A stretch of 64,000 nt of DNA from Eledone cirrhosa. Taxonomy: Eukaryota. Shown piece after piece: positions 43,112 to 58,664 of the stretch (its first letter is position 1; each line of letters opens with the position of its first letter). Both the position numbers and the translations under genes were made by a program. Under the pieces are notes generated by a model. It had not been told where the DNA came from and searched no databases. It saw nothing but the letters and a program-made list of their open reading frames with translations. Location of the stretch: the NCBI GenBank assembly GCA_964016885.1, contig OZ024743.1, positions 107,818,001 through 107,882,000 of the forward strand, given 5' to 3'.

Positions 43112-44001
43112 CTTACACACATACATATTGTACACTTTAAACACACATATAAACAAACAACAGTTGAATTTTCTGAAAAATCTTCTATAGTTTAGATCTC
43201 CCGTGCTATGTCATGGTCCCTTAACTTCTGATAGATTCTCTGGTCGCTGTCGCGTAATACAATGCGTTTAGAGCATCTTGAACCTGGCAGTATTCATCCT
43301 TCTTCAGATCTGATCACATCCGATTTCTTCCAGAAAAGGGGAGGGGAAGTGAAAGAGGAAGTGAGAAAGAGATATAGAGAAAGAATTGAATCCAATACTG
43401 GATTGATACTTAACGTATCGATCTGGAGAGGATGGAAATCAACGTTAAACACGGAGAGATATGGACAAGTACTGGAACGGATACTACAAATTATTCCGAA
43501 GTTTTGACGAAGATTCGTTAAAACTATTATGTATGAGTGGACTCGTAAGTCCTGCTAGAATTCTAGGGGTGACTTAAGGATGCATAATGTTTCTTGGGCA
43601 TTTTTAGGAGGCCATCCAACTCCATCTCTGACCTCAACCGATTTGTACAAGAGTAGAGAGTGAGAGAAAAAGAGAGAGTATGTGTGAAAGAAATATAGAG
43701 GAGGCTTCGACCTCAGTGTTGGACTGGTATTATATTTATCGACACTGAATATATGAAAGGTGAAGTTTACCACAGAGCACAGAGAGCCGTACCGAATCCT
43801 GCAAATATTCTATCCAGAGTTCTGATTCAGCCAATTCAATGACCTTGTCAATATAGCTGACGACAAATCGATTGCTTTGATGAGTTGACAATGGGCGCTC
43901 TGGGAAATATGATAAACTATATGAATTATATATATATGTATGTATATGTGTATTTTATATATATATATATATATATATAGTTTTAATATAGATGAGATTC
44001 T

Positions 44002-44042
44002 ACAGGACTAGAACTGTTTCATTCATTAGAAATCATCACTGT
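44002..44042 (-). ncRNA. Type I hammerhead relic (C3 missing) in a ~130-bp insert between (TA)n tracts
   Basis: Reverse complement: ACAG-TGATGA-TTTCTAATGAAT-GAAAC-AGTTCTA-GTC-CTGT. Confidence 0.6.
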
Positions 44043-44107
44043 TATACTCTGCTATGTATTGAGTACCTTACTTACTGTGGTTACCTCCGATTCAACCCGG
44101 AATAACG

Positions 44108-44146
<39 letters not shown>

Positions 44147-44196
44147 ATATATATATTTATGCATATATCTATATCGATATACATACACACACACGG

Positions 44197-44234
<38 letters not shown>

Positions 44235-44640
44235 ACACAGACACACACATACACACGCACGCACACACACACACATACACACACACACATATATATATAT
44301 GTATATACATATATATGAACATATCTTTCGCCTTGCTTTGTAAAGCAATTTTGATATTATACCTCAACTCAACACGCAGCGACACCATTATAATTTTATA
44401 ATTTCAACCTTGAAAGATCTTCTTTGCAACTATAGGATAAATGTTTTTTTATCTATTTTTTCAGGTAGTTTTGTATCAGTTAATAATAAGATTATAGTGA
44501 TTATCAATTGTCAATATCAATATAAATCATGTGACTAAGATGACAGACCTGGTTCTAACACCATATATAGATTAATGAGATAGAAGTATGATGAAATTGA
44601 ATATCTTAGCTTAATAGAACTTGGAGGCCATATTTCCTTC

Positions 44641-44723
<83 letters not shown>

Positions 44724-44879
44724 ATACACAAAATACACCCCCACACACAAACAAATACACACACACACATACGCACTCTCACACACTAGCTCACACACAC
44801 ACACACATACACACATATTTATATAGTTGTTCGAGTGGAAAAGAAGTGCCACCATGGGCCTGTAGGGCTGCTGCTGCTG

Positions 44880-45117
44880 ACGATGACGATGATGATGAGG
44901 AGGAGGGGGGAACAACTGTGGTGATAGGGATGCTGGTGAGGGATGGGCGCTGGGGGAGCCGAGGTTGATAATTATGATGATGGTTATGTTGATGATGATG
45001 ATGAGGGTTATGATGATGTTGATGATGATGGTTATAATGATGATGAAGATGATGATGATGATGTTGATGATGATGGTTATAATGATGATGATGATGAAGA
45101 TGATGATGATGATGTGT

Positions 45118-45171
<54 letters not shown>

Positions 45172-45701
45172 GTTATGATGATGATGATGATGACATTTTC
45201 AATTTTATGCTACTACTGCAGTTTGTAACGTTCCTGCAGTTGATGTTACCGTTGCAGTTGATAGTGCAACGGCAATTTTCAGCCATTGCTGTTGAGGCAA
45301 ATACTGATGCAGTTGGTGATATTGCTGCAATGATCTACTACAGCTGCAGTTGGTGTTACTTATGCAGTTGGTAATATTTCTGCATTTGATGCTATCGTTG
45401 CATTTGAAAGTTTTGTTGTAATTTTCTGCTATGTCTACAGTTGCTGATATTTCTTCTGTCAACATTGCTGTATGTGTTACTGCTGATGCTGCTGTTGTTG
45501 TTGTTGTTAACGATATTGTCTTTATTATTGTTAATGATGATGTTGATGCATTCTAAACTTGCAGTTTTGTGCTTAAAACAGCAGTTGGTTATCCTACTGC
45601 ACTTTACATCTACTGCAGCTTTTAGTGAAGTTCTTACCAACACTGTGACGAATGTTACTATCAATACTGCTTTTATTGTTGCTGCAGCTGATACTGTTGA
45701 C

Positions 45702-45768
<67 letters not shown>

Positions 45769-46063
45769 TTGACATTTCAGTATGCTGCTAACATACTGCA
45801 GTTGCTGCTGTTTTTGCTGATAATTTTGCAAGGTGCTGCTATTAATCTGATGTTGCTGCTATTATTGGTGTTGCTATAACTGATGATTTCGGAGTGTGTT
45901 GCTAGTAATACTGCTGTTACTACTGATGATGTTGAATTTGGCTATCGTTGCTAATACGCTTGTTGGTCAAACTGATGCCCACGTTTCTAGTTGTATTGTT
46001 GTCAGTGATATTCTTTCTACAACTTTTACTACTACTACTATAACTACTACTACTACTACTATA

Positions 46064-46128
<65 letters not shown>

Positions 46129-46130
46129 AA
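44880..46130. repeat. Trinucleotide low-complexity region: (GAT)n, (GCT/GTT)n, (CTA)n
   Basis: Direct inspection. Confidence 0.9.
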
Positions 46131-46249
46131 TCTGTTCTTGTGGTTTTCTGCTAATCCTGCAATGCGTTACTATTGCAGTTGGTTATATTTGTTAAATTTG
46201 GTGTAACTACGGCAGTTAGTGTTATAGTTGTAAACAATGTTTACGTGTG

Positions 46250-47480
46250 GTCTTCTTCTTCTTCTTCTTATTATTATTATTATTCTTCTTCTTCTTCTTC
46301 TTCTTCTTCTTCTTCTTTTTCCTGAAAGTTTCGTGGAGGCATAGTCCTCACACACTCTTTCCAGCAAGTCCTACCTCAAGCAACTGCCTCCAACTGATCC
46401 AGCTGAGTCCCCAAGTGAGTCTAGCCAACTCATAGATGTTATACCACCATCTTGCTCTAGGTCCTACCCCAGGATCTCCTGTCGGTTGGTTTTGCTGGTA
46501 AAATCTGTCCAGCGATTCTTCCCTGAGACATTCTAAACATATGTTCATAATATCGGAGCTGTGATCTCTCGATTCGAAGAAGTAGCGTCTCTACCTGGAG
46601 TGACTCTCTGATCTCTGAGCTACATACTCTATCGAGTAACATCAATCCCAAATCCAAAGACCCTTCGAAGGAACCCATTTCGGCCACCAGTATTCGAGAT
46701 CCAATTCTTTCCGTCATTATCCAAGATTCATGACCATAGGTAAGATTTAGCACGAATTCCGAATTGAAGACAACGAGTTTGGCTTTTACGCTTTCCTCCC
46801 TTCTTCTGAATACTGAATGTTGAAGCGGGTGCCTTACTGCACCAGCTCCCACAATTTTTGCACTTAATTCAGCCTCCTGCCTTCCATCACTCGTGAACAC
46901 CTCGTGAACACCTGGCTCAGTTGAACTCCAATCACATGGAAAGTGCACTGCACAGGCTTCCTTGAGAGGACGAGTGTCAGAATTTTCGCAGCACTAATTT
47001 TCATTCCAGCTATGCAGCACTCAACATCAAACCAATAGAGTTCAAGTCGGAGATAATCTTTTTTCCAGTTAAGTAACACCGTGTCGTCTGAAAATTTCCG
47101 CCAACTGATTTTATAACTGCCAGTCATAATATCATTTCGCCAAACTTGTTCATGTATATAATGAACAGGAGAGGTGACAGTACGCACCCTTGGTGGAGTC
47201 AGAATCCCACATTGAATGGTTTCGTTTTAGCACCATTTACCCGAGCACAAATACTCGGACATTCGCATAGAGTCATCAAAGCAGCAAGAAGCTCATATTC
47301 CTGTAGAATTTTCCACAGCAGATCCCGAGGAACTCATATTCCTTTACAAAGTCGACAAAACATGTATATATATCTCTTGGTAATACAACCACGTGTTCTC
47401 GAAAAACTGCTGTAGTGTGAATATTTGGTCGGCTGTGCTGCTTCCGGGGCGAAAACTTTACTTTACCTAGAAATTTAGAA
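46250..47480 (-). mobile_element. RTE-clade LINE relic (RT domain to 3' end, (AAG)n tail)
   Basis: Minus-strand motifs FRPGSSTADQIF, QGCVLSP, FSDDTVL, GMKIS, LTYGHESW, IRESLQV...RSQLRYYEHMFRM; (TCT)n at 46250-46316. Confidence 0.85.
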
Positions 47481-47833
47481 ACGTATTCACCCTTGTGATT
47501 TTTCAGTTTTCTCAGACACTTCGGAAAATTTGCTACGCAGCTTTTTCAATTTCATTGAATATCTCTAAAGATATTCCACTTATATTTGTGACAGCCTTTT
47601 TTACTTCTTCATGTCATATGACTTTCATGCTTCCTGTTTGCCGTGTTTTAAGATGGCGTTTTGTGATGTCAGTGAATATGACCGCAGTTTCTTACAGATT
47701 ATCTGGTTTCAAGACCACGGGCTGTAATTTCACGGAATCTAAACTATATTAAAGGAAGGTCCGCGGGATTGCGTACGGTTTATTTTTTTTTATCCCGTTT
47801 GTAAAATAAGTTGGATTACTTTGAATAAATAAT

Positions 47834-47952
47834 TGTTTCTACTTTTGGCACAAGGCCAGCAAATTACCCAGTGCATTACTGGTACTTTATTTTATCGACC
47901 CCGTAAGGATGAAAGGCAAAGTTAACCTCGGCGGGATTTGAACTCAGAGTGA
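47834..47952 (-). mobile_element. 5'-truncated SINE copy with 16-bp TSD
   Basis: Reverse complement of the SINE core; actttgaataaataat at 47818 and 47953. Confidence 0.85.
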
Positions 47953-48295
47953 ACTTTGAATAAATAATGAATGAATATTACATAATGTTTGTACTATTAC
48001 ATAATTAATGTACTCAATTTCGTAAACAAAAATAATTTCGTAAAAGTAAATAATTTCAAATTGACTTCTTTTCAAAGTTGCACTTCCGGTATATCGTCGC
48101 CCACCACCACCACTTCAACTGCCATATATAAAGAAAGAGAGTATGTGTGATGAGAGAGATAGAGAGATTATGATTTTCTACACCTGACGCGTATGATTGT
48201 ACACATACATTCATCTATATGTATGAGTATACAACTATTATGAGTATAACTATAATCGCGCAAACACAAACTTATAAAAATACACTCTCGGACAT

Positions 48296-48452
48296 AATTC
48301 ACACAAATATACATACTTTCACACAAACATACATACTTTCACACAAATACACATACTTTCACAAACATATACATACATTCACACATACTTTCACGCAAAT
48401 ATACATACTTTCACACAAACACATACTTTCACACAAACATACATACATTCAC
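48296..48452. repeat. 18-20-bp tandem repeat (CATACTTTCACACAAA core)
   Basis: About 8 degenerate copies. Confidence 0.75.
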
Positions 48453-48517
48453 ACATCAGGGGCGAAGGGTCCGTGCATGCGTTATAGAATCTTGAGTTGA
48501 TCAATTGCGTCGGTTGA

Positions 48518-48788
48518 AGCAAGCAGAATGTTGGCTGCTTACTAAAACGTATAGACACAAAAAAAGATAGCACACACACACACACACACATACACACAAA
48601 TACATACACACAAACACTTGACAGCTTTGGGGCAAGCATAATTTTGACTGCTTACTAAATCGTAGACACATAAAAAGATAACACACACACACATATACAC
48701 ACACACATACACATAAACACGACAGCTTTGGGAAAAGCAGAATTTTGACTGCTTACTAAATCGTAGACACATAAAAAGATAACACACA

Positions 48789-48863
<75 letters not shown>

Positions 48864-48930
48864 CAGCTTTGGGGCAAGCAGAATTTGACTGCTTACTAAA
48901 TCGTAGACACAAAAGGATAACACACACGCA
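48518..48930. repeat. Four copies of a ~60-bp unit separated by variable (CA)n
   Basis: gacagctttggggcaagcagaattttgactgcttactaaatcgtagacacataaaaagataa at ~48518 (partial), 48620, 48721 and 48862. Confidence 0.85.
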
Positions 48931-50416
48931 CTAGATAACACTACATGCGGCTTTGACCGGGAGGGTCATTTAGAGGGAATTGGGAGGGAGGGGTAAGGCT
49001 GCATAGCCCCAATTTCCGCCATGGTGTTAGGACTGCATGCCCTGCTTTCCAGGTTACCCTTCGCCACTGTCACACATATACATTTACATAAACACACACA
49101 TACGGTCATGATAGCATTCGGTTTAATTGGAAAACGGAGGGTAAAACAAGTATAACGTTTTATTTATTATATATAATATTATCTTTTTTAATGTATCATG
49201 GATTAAGTTACTGATTAAATAAGACAGTGTAACGCAGTCTTCGTTCAATTTCTATGTATTATATATTGTCAATTACGATTTTATTTGATGTATCACATAT
49301 ACATGTAACTATATCTGCGTATAATATCAATATACACACTACACATGCTAGCAGAAACCCAGTTTGACTGCTTACTAGTTTGTCTAAAGATTTTTACATT
49401 TTGAGTCTACATTGAGGTTTCATTAATGCTTTTATTATTTTTTGTTGTTGATATTTTTTAATGTTCTTTTGGTGAAATAAAGGTTTACAAAACCACCATT
49501 TTACAATCCTTGAAAAAGATAGGAATATTCATTTTATATGATCAAAGACTTATTTCAAATGCTTAGAAAACCAAAAGCTCATTAAAACGTGATAGTAACT
49601 CGTCTTCTTTATGTGATAAAAGACAGACTACCATGTTCTCTAATTCAGGCCCAAAACAATTTTGAGGTATGGGTAATTTGAATTATATCTACCACAGAAC
49701 ATGACTGGCAATTTATTATATTAACGTTGATAATATGAAACGTAATTTTCGCTGCGTCGGAATATAGCCAAATATTATGTCTGACGCTCAGGCAGCTCTA
49801 CCATTCCAGCGCTATCAAAAGCAAACGATAACAAGAAATACACAGACTTCTGAATGTTGTCGTTAGTTATGTTCTGTTCTCAAAACACATCAAATAAAGA
49901 AACAAATGTAGATTGATACAAGCTAACTCTATAATGTTTGTCCATGTAAGTCAGAACCTCGTGAAAATCGAACACTTAGGAAATAGACGTAATTAAACAC
50001 ACGATAATGAGGTAACATATTGATACTAATTTAATAGAGTTATTTTATTACAATGGACGTTACTGAATCATAATATTGCAATAATAATTATACAGCATTA
50101 GACACTAAATGTGGCAGGAACTTTGAAGTTTTGATGTTGGTGCCTATTCAGATAGATTGATTGGGTATAACAGATGGACATATAGAGAGTTAGAGAGAGA
50201 GAGAGATGATATTGATGAGCACACATAGAGAGAGAAACAGATAGGTAGAGCAGAAGTAGACAGCTAGATAGAGAAGAAGACAGACAGACAAGCAGGTATA
50301 GACATACATATTGACATACAAAGAAAAATAGACTAATATATAATCAGAGAAACAGAGAGACAAATAGACAGACAAGTAGATAAATGGATAGATGGAAAGA
50401 TAGAGAGAAGGGAATT

Positions 50417-50497
<81 letters not shown>

Positions 50498-50846
50498 TAG
50501 ATAGTTAGATAGATAGATGGATAAGGTGAATAATGTAATTAGGCTTCCACAATGGAATATAAAATACACACATAAATATTCAAACACGCACACAAGAGTA
50601 CACAAGCACAGCGGCATTTAAACAGAGACACATACGCGGAGACATTCAAACACACACACGCACAAATTAGTAACAAAACTCTGACGTAATTTTGCATGTA
50701 GACGTACACACAGACACAAAAACATAGCCATATCTACTGAACACACAAACACAAAACCACACACAAATAAATGATTAAATATGCATGCGTTTATATGATC
50801 AACCTAATGGCCACTCTGGTACATTCATCCGGACACACACACACAC

Positions 50847-50936
<90 letters not shown>

Positions 50937-51268
50937 ACACACGCACACGCGCACACACAAAACAGACACACACACAGGCACACATGTAAACCTAATAACA
51001 TACAAACACGTATGTTTTATATACTGAGGCTTACTCAGCAATGATACATATATTCTCAAAGAAAACCATGTTTATACAGACACGAAATAATAAGAATTAT
51101 ACGTCTGCATTGACCCGTAACTTCTAAGGAAGACAGTGGATCTTCACCGTGATATACGGTGTTACAAGACCAGTTTAAACCTAGAGGAATGCATCTGCAA
51201 ATTTGCTGCCTTCATAATTATAAGCAATATTTTTACACGCACATGCAGATATATATATGTATATATAC

Positions 51269-51378
<110 letters not shown>

Positions 51379-51480
51379 GTGTGTGTGTTGGTGTGTGTGT
51401 GTGTGCGTGTGTGTGTGTATGTATATATATAGAGAGATAGATAGTTATGTATACACACACACACACATATATATATATAT

Positions 51481-52619
51481 TTTAGAAAACGTAATAGAAA
51501 CACAAACATTAGGACAATCCCCGTTGTTCGGGTGTCTGTGGTAGGTCGCTGATGATTCGATGCATTAAATACAATACATCTTACTACAGTGCGTTGATAA
51601 CTAAGAGGATTAGTTATCAGGGAAGAAAACAACAACAACAAAAAACAGAGGCGATAGTGAAGAGAACGACAGAAAAAGAAAATAAACAAAAGAAAAACAT
51701 ACCGTTAGAGAGAGGAAAACACGAGATAGTAGTACATGTATGATGTAGTAACCAGCGGGAGAGAGGCAGAAGTTAAAAAGCAGAGCGAACTTAAGTCCTG
51801 AATACGTATTAACACCTCGAAGAGAAGAACGTCTAATCATAGCGAGAACAGGCATAAAGACGGAGAGACGAAGGAAAACGGAAGGGAGGGTAGATGGTGG
51901 TAAGTGGTAAAGGAACATAGAGAGGGGGAAATACAGGAGATAGATTGTAAGAAAAAAAGAGAATAAGTGAGTGGGGGAGAGAGAGGGGGTAAAATGTGAG
52001 TGAGAGAGAAAGAGAAAGTGAGAAAAAGAAAGAGAGAAAAAGGAGAAAGGAAAAGAGTTAATCCAAAATGGCAGAACTAAGTTCAAAACAGGAATTAACA
52101 ACACCAAGTGAGATAGGGAGGATAAAATGGAAGTCACAGCAATAAATTAATATGAATTAAATGTGACAAAGGCACTGTGTGGTTACTAAATATAGTTTAG
52201 AAAACGTAAAAGAAACACAAACATAAGGACAATCCCCGCTGTTCGGCTGTGTGTTGTCGCTGATGTTTCGACGCATTAATGAGTACATCTTACCACAGTG
52301 TGTTGATAACTAAGAGGATTAGTTATCAAGGAAGAAAACAAAAGATCGAAAAACAAAACAGAGGCGATAGTGAAGAGAACGAAAGAAAAAGAAAACAAAC
52401 AAAAGAAAAACACACTGATAGAGAGGAGGAAACACGAGAAAGTAGTACATGTAAGTTCTACTCACTAGTGGTAGAGAGAGAGAGACGTTAAAGAGGAGAC
52501 CGAACGTAAGTCCTGAATCCATATTAACAGTACGAAGAGATGAACGTAAGATCATAGCGAGAACAGGCATAAAGAGGGAGAGATGACGGAAAACGGAAGT
52601 GAGGAGGGGGAGTGGTAAG
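51481..52619. repeat. Diverged direct repeat pair (~425 bp, period 715): 51481-51904 and 52196-52619
   Basis: Shared tttagaaaacgtaa..., hairpin ttgataactaa-gagga-ttagttatca, catagcgagaacaggcataaaga; the left copy begins at a TA tract. Confidence 0.8.
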
Positions 52620-52967
52620 AGAGCAGACAGAGAGGGGACGACAGACACAAATAAATATACACAGACACACATAAACAAAAGAACAAATAAATAAACAAAA
52701 AACATATGAATAAATAAACAAATAAAATCAACTTCAACTAGAGATTGAAACCCGGATCCTAAAATTCAGTTGTTAAGAATTTTGTCTCTGAGAATAATGA
52801 GACAAACATATTGTTCAATGAGACGGAAATCTTTTGTAAGGAATTTCCTCTTGTATTCCATACATCACCAATGATAATAGACAATTAAAATTCCATTTCA
52901 TTATAACATTATTATACTAGGAGTGGGCTCTTTCTCTCTCTATCTTAACAATCCTCACTCATTTTCA

Positions 52968-53043
<76 letters not shown>

Positions 53044-53050
53044 TATATAT

Positions 53051-53209
<159 letters not shown>

Positions 53210-53216
53210 AATATAT

Positions 53217-53316
<100 letters not shown>

Positions 53317-53332
53317 CATACATACATATATT

Positions 53333-53403
53333 AAGGCTAAATAGTGAGTCTTGTTAATCTTTCGTCTATTTATCCCAGGGTCATCAGATGACTATTTAGC
53401 CTT
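53333..53403 (-). ncRNA. Hammerhead-like motif with a 13-bp outer stem, in an insert next to (TA)n
   Basis: Reverse complement: AAGGCTAAATAGT-cat-CTGATGA...GAAAG...CTC-ACTATTTAGCCTT; stem II is poorly paired. Confidence 0.5.
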
Positions 53404-53565
53404 TATGAAATGAATATTAATATTCTACTTCAGTATCGAGTATTCTTTTCACTCAGCCGTCAACCACATAACGGATATATATACATATACATGTGTCTAT
53501 ACACCCAAACACACACACACACACGCATACAACCCCCCCCCCCCACACACACACAAACACACACA

Positions 53566-53610
<45 letters not shown>

Positions 53611-53725
53611 AAATTGGAAAAGCGAAAAACATAAACAATAACAAAGACTGCAGTTACGAACAGAGTGGGATATATATATATATATATATATATAACATAT
53701 ATAGAGACAGAGAGAGAAAGAGATG

Positions 53726-53781
<56 letters not shown>

Positions 53782-53835
53782 TTATTTATTTATATGTATA
53801 TATATGTATATATATATATATTTGTTTATTATTTT

Positions 53836-53894
<59 letters not shown>

Positions 53895-55746
53895 CTCACT
53901 TTCTTTCTATTTCAATTTTTCTTTCCACTCTCTCTATATATCTCCATCTCTAGCTCTCTATATACATATATCTGTCTATCTCTATCACTTTCTTACTATC
54001 TTTCTTTTTCTCTCACCCAGCTTCCTCTATCGGAAGTCAGTATGTCGTTATAGCATGTTTCTTAATTATATTTTCAGTATTTATTTATTTATTTTATTTA
54101 TCTAAATTTGGTAATTTTGACACTTACTGGGAAACACTTTACAATGAATTACCTATACCTCCACCAGCGTCTCTGTCATGAAGATTATAACGATCACTAA
54201 ATATATATATTAATAGTTCAACCAACGCCTTCATCATCAACCGCATAGAAACACCACCATCACCGCTACTAATACAACCGAAATTATCTCCATCGCCATT
54301 TCCACTACTACCACTATAATAACCAGCATTACAATCAACACGACCATAACTACACATTCAACTTACATATTACATCATTAATACAACCATTTACTATCAC
54401 CATCAGTACAATCAACACTTCCCTCATCATGATTACCATTAACTTCAATGACATTATCAACAGCTTCCTTACTGACTTCACTAAAACCACCAATTACACC
54501 ATCAGCACAACCAACCTCACAACTACCACCATCACCCTCAACATTATCACAAATACCACCAGTACAACCACCACCACCACTACTGCCAACAACATCATCA
54601 CACCACCACGAACACAAGCAACACTACGACCAGCCCCACCACAATCATCGCTATCAGCATCAATATAACCACCACGACCAACAGCACACCATTACCACAA
54701 CCTCAACCACCAACATCACCGTCATCACCATCACAATCACTACAACCACATATATCGTAACATAACACCTTCTACACATGTAATTTGCCAGAAATACTAT
54801 GAATCGTTAAACTAAAACTTCGTTGTTACAAAGAAATGTTTCATAAATCAGCGTTCTTAATTTTTAAGAAGGGAACAGAGCCGATTGTCAAATTGCGTCA
54901 AAGAACCAGTGTTTCCATCTGTTTTGCTGATACTCTTCTGTCGATTGCAACTCCTAGCAGAAGGAGCAACGGGAAATAAAATATATCACTAAAGAACACA
55001 ACAACCCTCACTATCCAGGAATCAAACCCACAATCTTATGATCGCGAGGCCAACACACTAACGTGGTTTTCAGTTCATTCCACGGATAAAACATATGCTA
55101 GTACTAATAAAAAGAGGTTTAATCGATTATAACCTGTTTCTTAAGGATATTGATTCCTAATTTACTGTACATGACCATCAAATTTTAGGAAAATGGGAAA
55201 TCTGAATAAATCAAGCTCAGTACTTGACTAGTACTATCAAAGTTAACCTTGACGAGATTTGAACTTAGAATATATAAAGCCAGAACGGATACCACAATGG
55301 AATTTTATCCGACGCTTTACCAATTCCACGACTTCCCGCGTTAAGTATATAGTATACTTGCTCACTAGACACACCACCCTAATATACTCTATGGAAAAGG
55401 GAGTCAGATATTTCTCGTGTCAATAGAAACGTAACCATAGGAAATGGATTTAACATAACATTGAAAACATCACACGGTCACAATCGTAGATTTTTTCATT
55501 GGTGAGAGGTACATTTTATAAGGATATTCGCGGACATTTTAATTGATGACAGATATCGTCCATATTGACATTGGTGAACATGTTAACTGTTGATAGATAT
55601 AATCCACATCATTACCGACAGCAGAACTACGTCAACGCCATCGTCAATGACCATGTCAAAGACAGACAGCGTTAAAAACAACGCCAAGAACAATAACGTC
55701 AACGGCATCAACTAAACAGCGTCAACAGCTTTAACAATAATAATAA

Positions 55747-55938
55747 GGTGGTGCATTGGCAGTATCGGTAGAGGGTTGGACGCCATGCTTTCTAGCATAG
55801 AATTACGTCCCTTTACGATCTGAGTTCAAATCCCGCCGAGGTTAACTTTGCCTTTCATCCTTATGGGGTCGATAAAATAAAGTACCTGTAATACACTAGG
55901 ATAATGGCTGGCTTTGTGCCAAAAGTAGAAACAATTAG
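55747..55938 (+). mobile_element. tRNA-derived SINE copy
   Basis: Same head, B box and core as 28751. Confidence 0.85.
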
Positions 55939-56540
55939 CAATAACAATTACAAACGTGTTAAATTCAACGACAATAAATCAACGTCAACTACGTTACCTA
56001 CAATATTGACATCAACTACACCCTTAATGACACCTTTAACTGTGACCTTGATATTAACGTCAACTACATGCCAAACGAATAGGGTAACTGCAACCTTGAT
56101 GAAAACCTCAACCGCATCCTCGATGATATCAAATGTAGCACTGACAAAGATGTCAACTCCATCCTCGAGATAAACCTACACTGTAAGCTTCAGGAAAACA
56201 CCAATTGAATTCATGACGACAACGACAACGTAGACACCAATTATTGAAAACATCATGGGTTTCGAAACCTTTGAAATGCATTTTAAAGAAAGTCGCTACC
56301 AGCTTTCCCTTTTACAACAAAGATAAACTTTGAAAGCCGAAGGTAAAGGATGTGGCGGTGGCGAAGGGGATGCGATAAGAAGGGGAGGTTGTGTTTCAAG
56401 GTGCAGAAGAGTAGAAAAACGTTTAAATATCTACAGGAAGACACAAAGGAAGAAAAAAATGGAGGAAGAGTGTCAGCATAATGAAATGGAAAGTGGTATA
56501 TCTAAAAAGTGAATGGAAAATGAAAGAGAAAGAAAGAAAG

Positions 56541-56609
<69 letters not shown>

Positions 56610-56661
56610 TATATATATATATATTATATATATATATATGTGTGTGTGTGCGTGTGTGTGT

Positions 56662-56766
<105 letters not shown>

Positions 56767-57079
56767 CAGAGAGAGAGAGAGGGGGTAGAGAGAGGGGAGA
56801 TAGAGGGGATAGAGAGAGAGAGATAGAGAGAGAGAGAACCAGATAGATAGATCGAGAGAGAAATAAGTAAAGTGCAAAGCAAGGTTAAATTTGTAAAGAG
56901 TAGTTGTAATACAGAGAGAGGGGGCGAAGAGCGATTGTTAATATGTAGGAAGAGTGAGGTAATAACAGTGAACAGCTGTTGGCTTCACATAACATCGCAC
57001 ATGATGGATGAGATGGTAACATATCGGACATTACTGTTCTAATAACGGGATCGATCTCGCTTGACAGTTACTCACGTCA

Positions 57080-57098
57080 TTTACTACTGCTGCTACTA

Positions 57099-57133
<35 letters not shown>

Positions 57134-57376
57134 CTGCTGCTGCATCTGCTGCTGCTACTACTACTACTGCTGCTGGTGCTGCTTCTACTAATACTACTAC
57201 TACTACTACTGCTGCTTCTGCTGATGCTGCTGCTGATGCTACTACTACTACTACTAATAATACTACTACTACAACAACTACTATTGCTGCTGCTGCTGCT
57301 ACTACTACTACTTCTGCTGCTGCTGCATCTATTGCTTCTGTTGTTACTGTTGCTGCTGTTACTACTACTACTACTT

Positions 57377-57427
<51 letters not shown>

Positions 57428-57468
57428 ATACTACTATTACTACTACTACTACTACCGCTACTATCATT
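57080..57468. repeat. (CTA)n/(CTG)n trinucleotide mosaic
   Basis: Direct inspection. Confidence 0.9.
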
Positions 57469-57839
57469 AAAATTGCTTTTGTCGGGTCTTCATCCCCTTT
57501 CGACGATTAATCTTCCATTTTGTCCAACATAACAATACCCTTGTGAAATTAACGTAGAGCTATCGTATATATTGCTGGACATTCTTCGGAAACATAGCGG
57601 CTTAAATTAGTTCCCGGGAATATTCAATAATATGTAAAAATAACTGGTACTTTAAATTATGGGTCCAACTAATTTTGATTTGCAGCTGATTGGAGTGGAC
57701 CTACATGAGTGTTTTGCTATAAAACAATAACATTGCCAGGGGTCGTTCCTAGGACATAATTATTGCGAGTCGAAAGCCCTGATCAGGAATCCAGGAATTT
57801 TTACGATTATTAGTATTAATGCTATTATTAAAGGAGTAG

Positions 57840-58470
57840 GGTGATGGATTGCCACTATCGGTAGAGGGATGGACGCCATACTTTGCAGCATAGAGTTACG
57901 GCCCTTTATGATCTGAGTTTAAATCCCACCGATGTTAACTTTGCCTTTCATCCTTACGGGGTTGATAAAATAAAGCACCAGTAACACACTGGGATAATTG
58001 CTGGCCTTGTGCAAGTGTAGAAACAATTATTAAAGGAGTAGAGAGCGGTGGATTGTCCAAGTCATTAGAGAGTTAGACAAATACTTTACGATATTGTTCC
58101 CGAGATTTTCGATCTGGATTCAATTATCGCGCAGGTCAACTTTGCATTTTATCATTCTGGCCTTGATAAAATAAAGTACTAGACATGTGCTGGAGTGTAT
58201 ATTATCGTTTGTCCCGCCTGCTCAAATTGCTGGTCTTTTTTCATAATTAGAAACACCTGTTAGAGCTATAGATTGGCAGAATCGTTAGTTTATCGGATAA
58301 AATACATTGAAATGTCTCGAGTTGTTACCTTCTTAATTCAAATCCCACTGAACTCAACTTTGATTTTTGCACTTCTGGGATAGAATAGATAAAATACCAG
58401 TTCAGTACTCCTGTCGATTTAATTCTTCTTCCCCTAAATCTCTAGCCATATATACCTGAATGAGAAATTC
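57840..58470 (+). mobile_element. Three successive SINE copies: a young one at 57840-58025 with TSD, and older ones at ~58045-58255 and ~58270-58470
   Basis: TSD attattaaaggagtag at 57824 and 58026; degenerate cores downstream. Confidence 0.75.
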
Positions 58471-58664
58471 GGACCATTCTATGGTCGACCAATCATAACC
58501 TATTGTTGTTTTTGTTGTTATCGCTCACACTTGTGGAAGTTTACTCGCAGGAAACCTATTTTGCGCGTGTGCTTTGTCGGACAACAGATCCAACCCTGTT
58601 ATGTCATCATCTTGTCAGTGATTGATGGTTAGATTTTTGAACTCAAAATGCATCAGATATGAAA

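Noticed and set aside
48518-48930. CRISPR-like repeat-spacer look
   Set aside because: The spacers are only (CA)n, there are no cas genes, and the context is eukaryotic.
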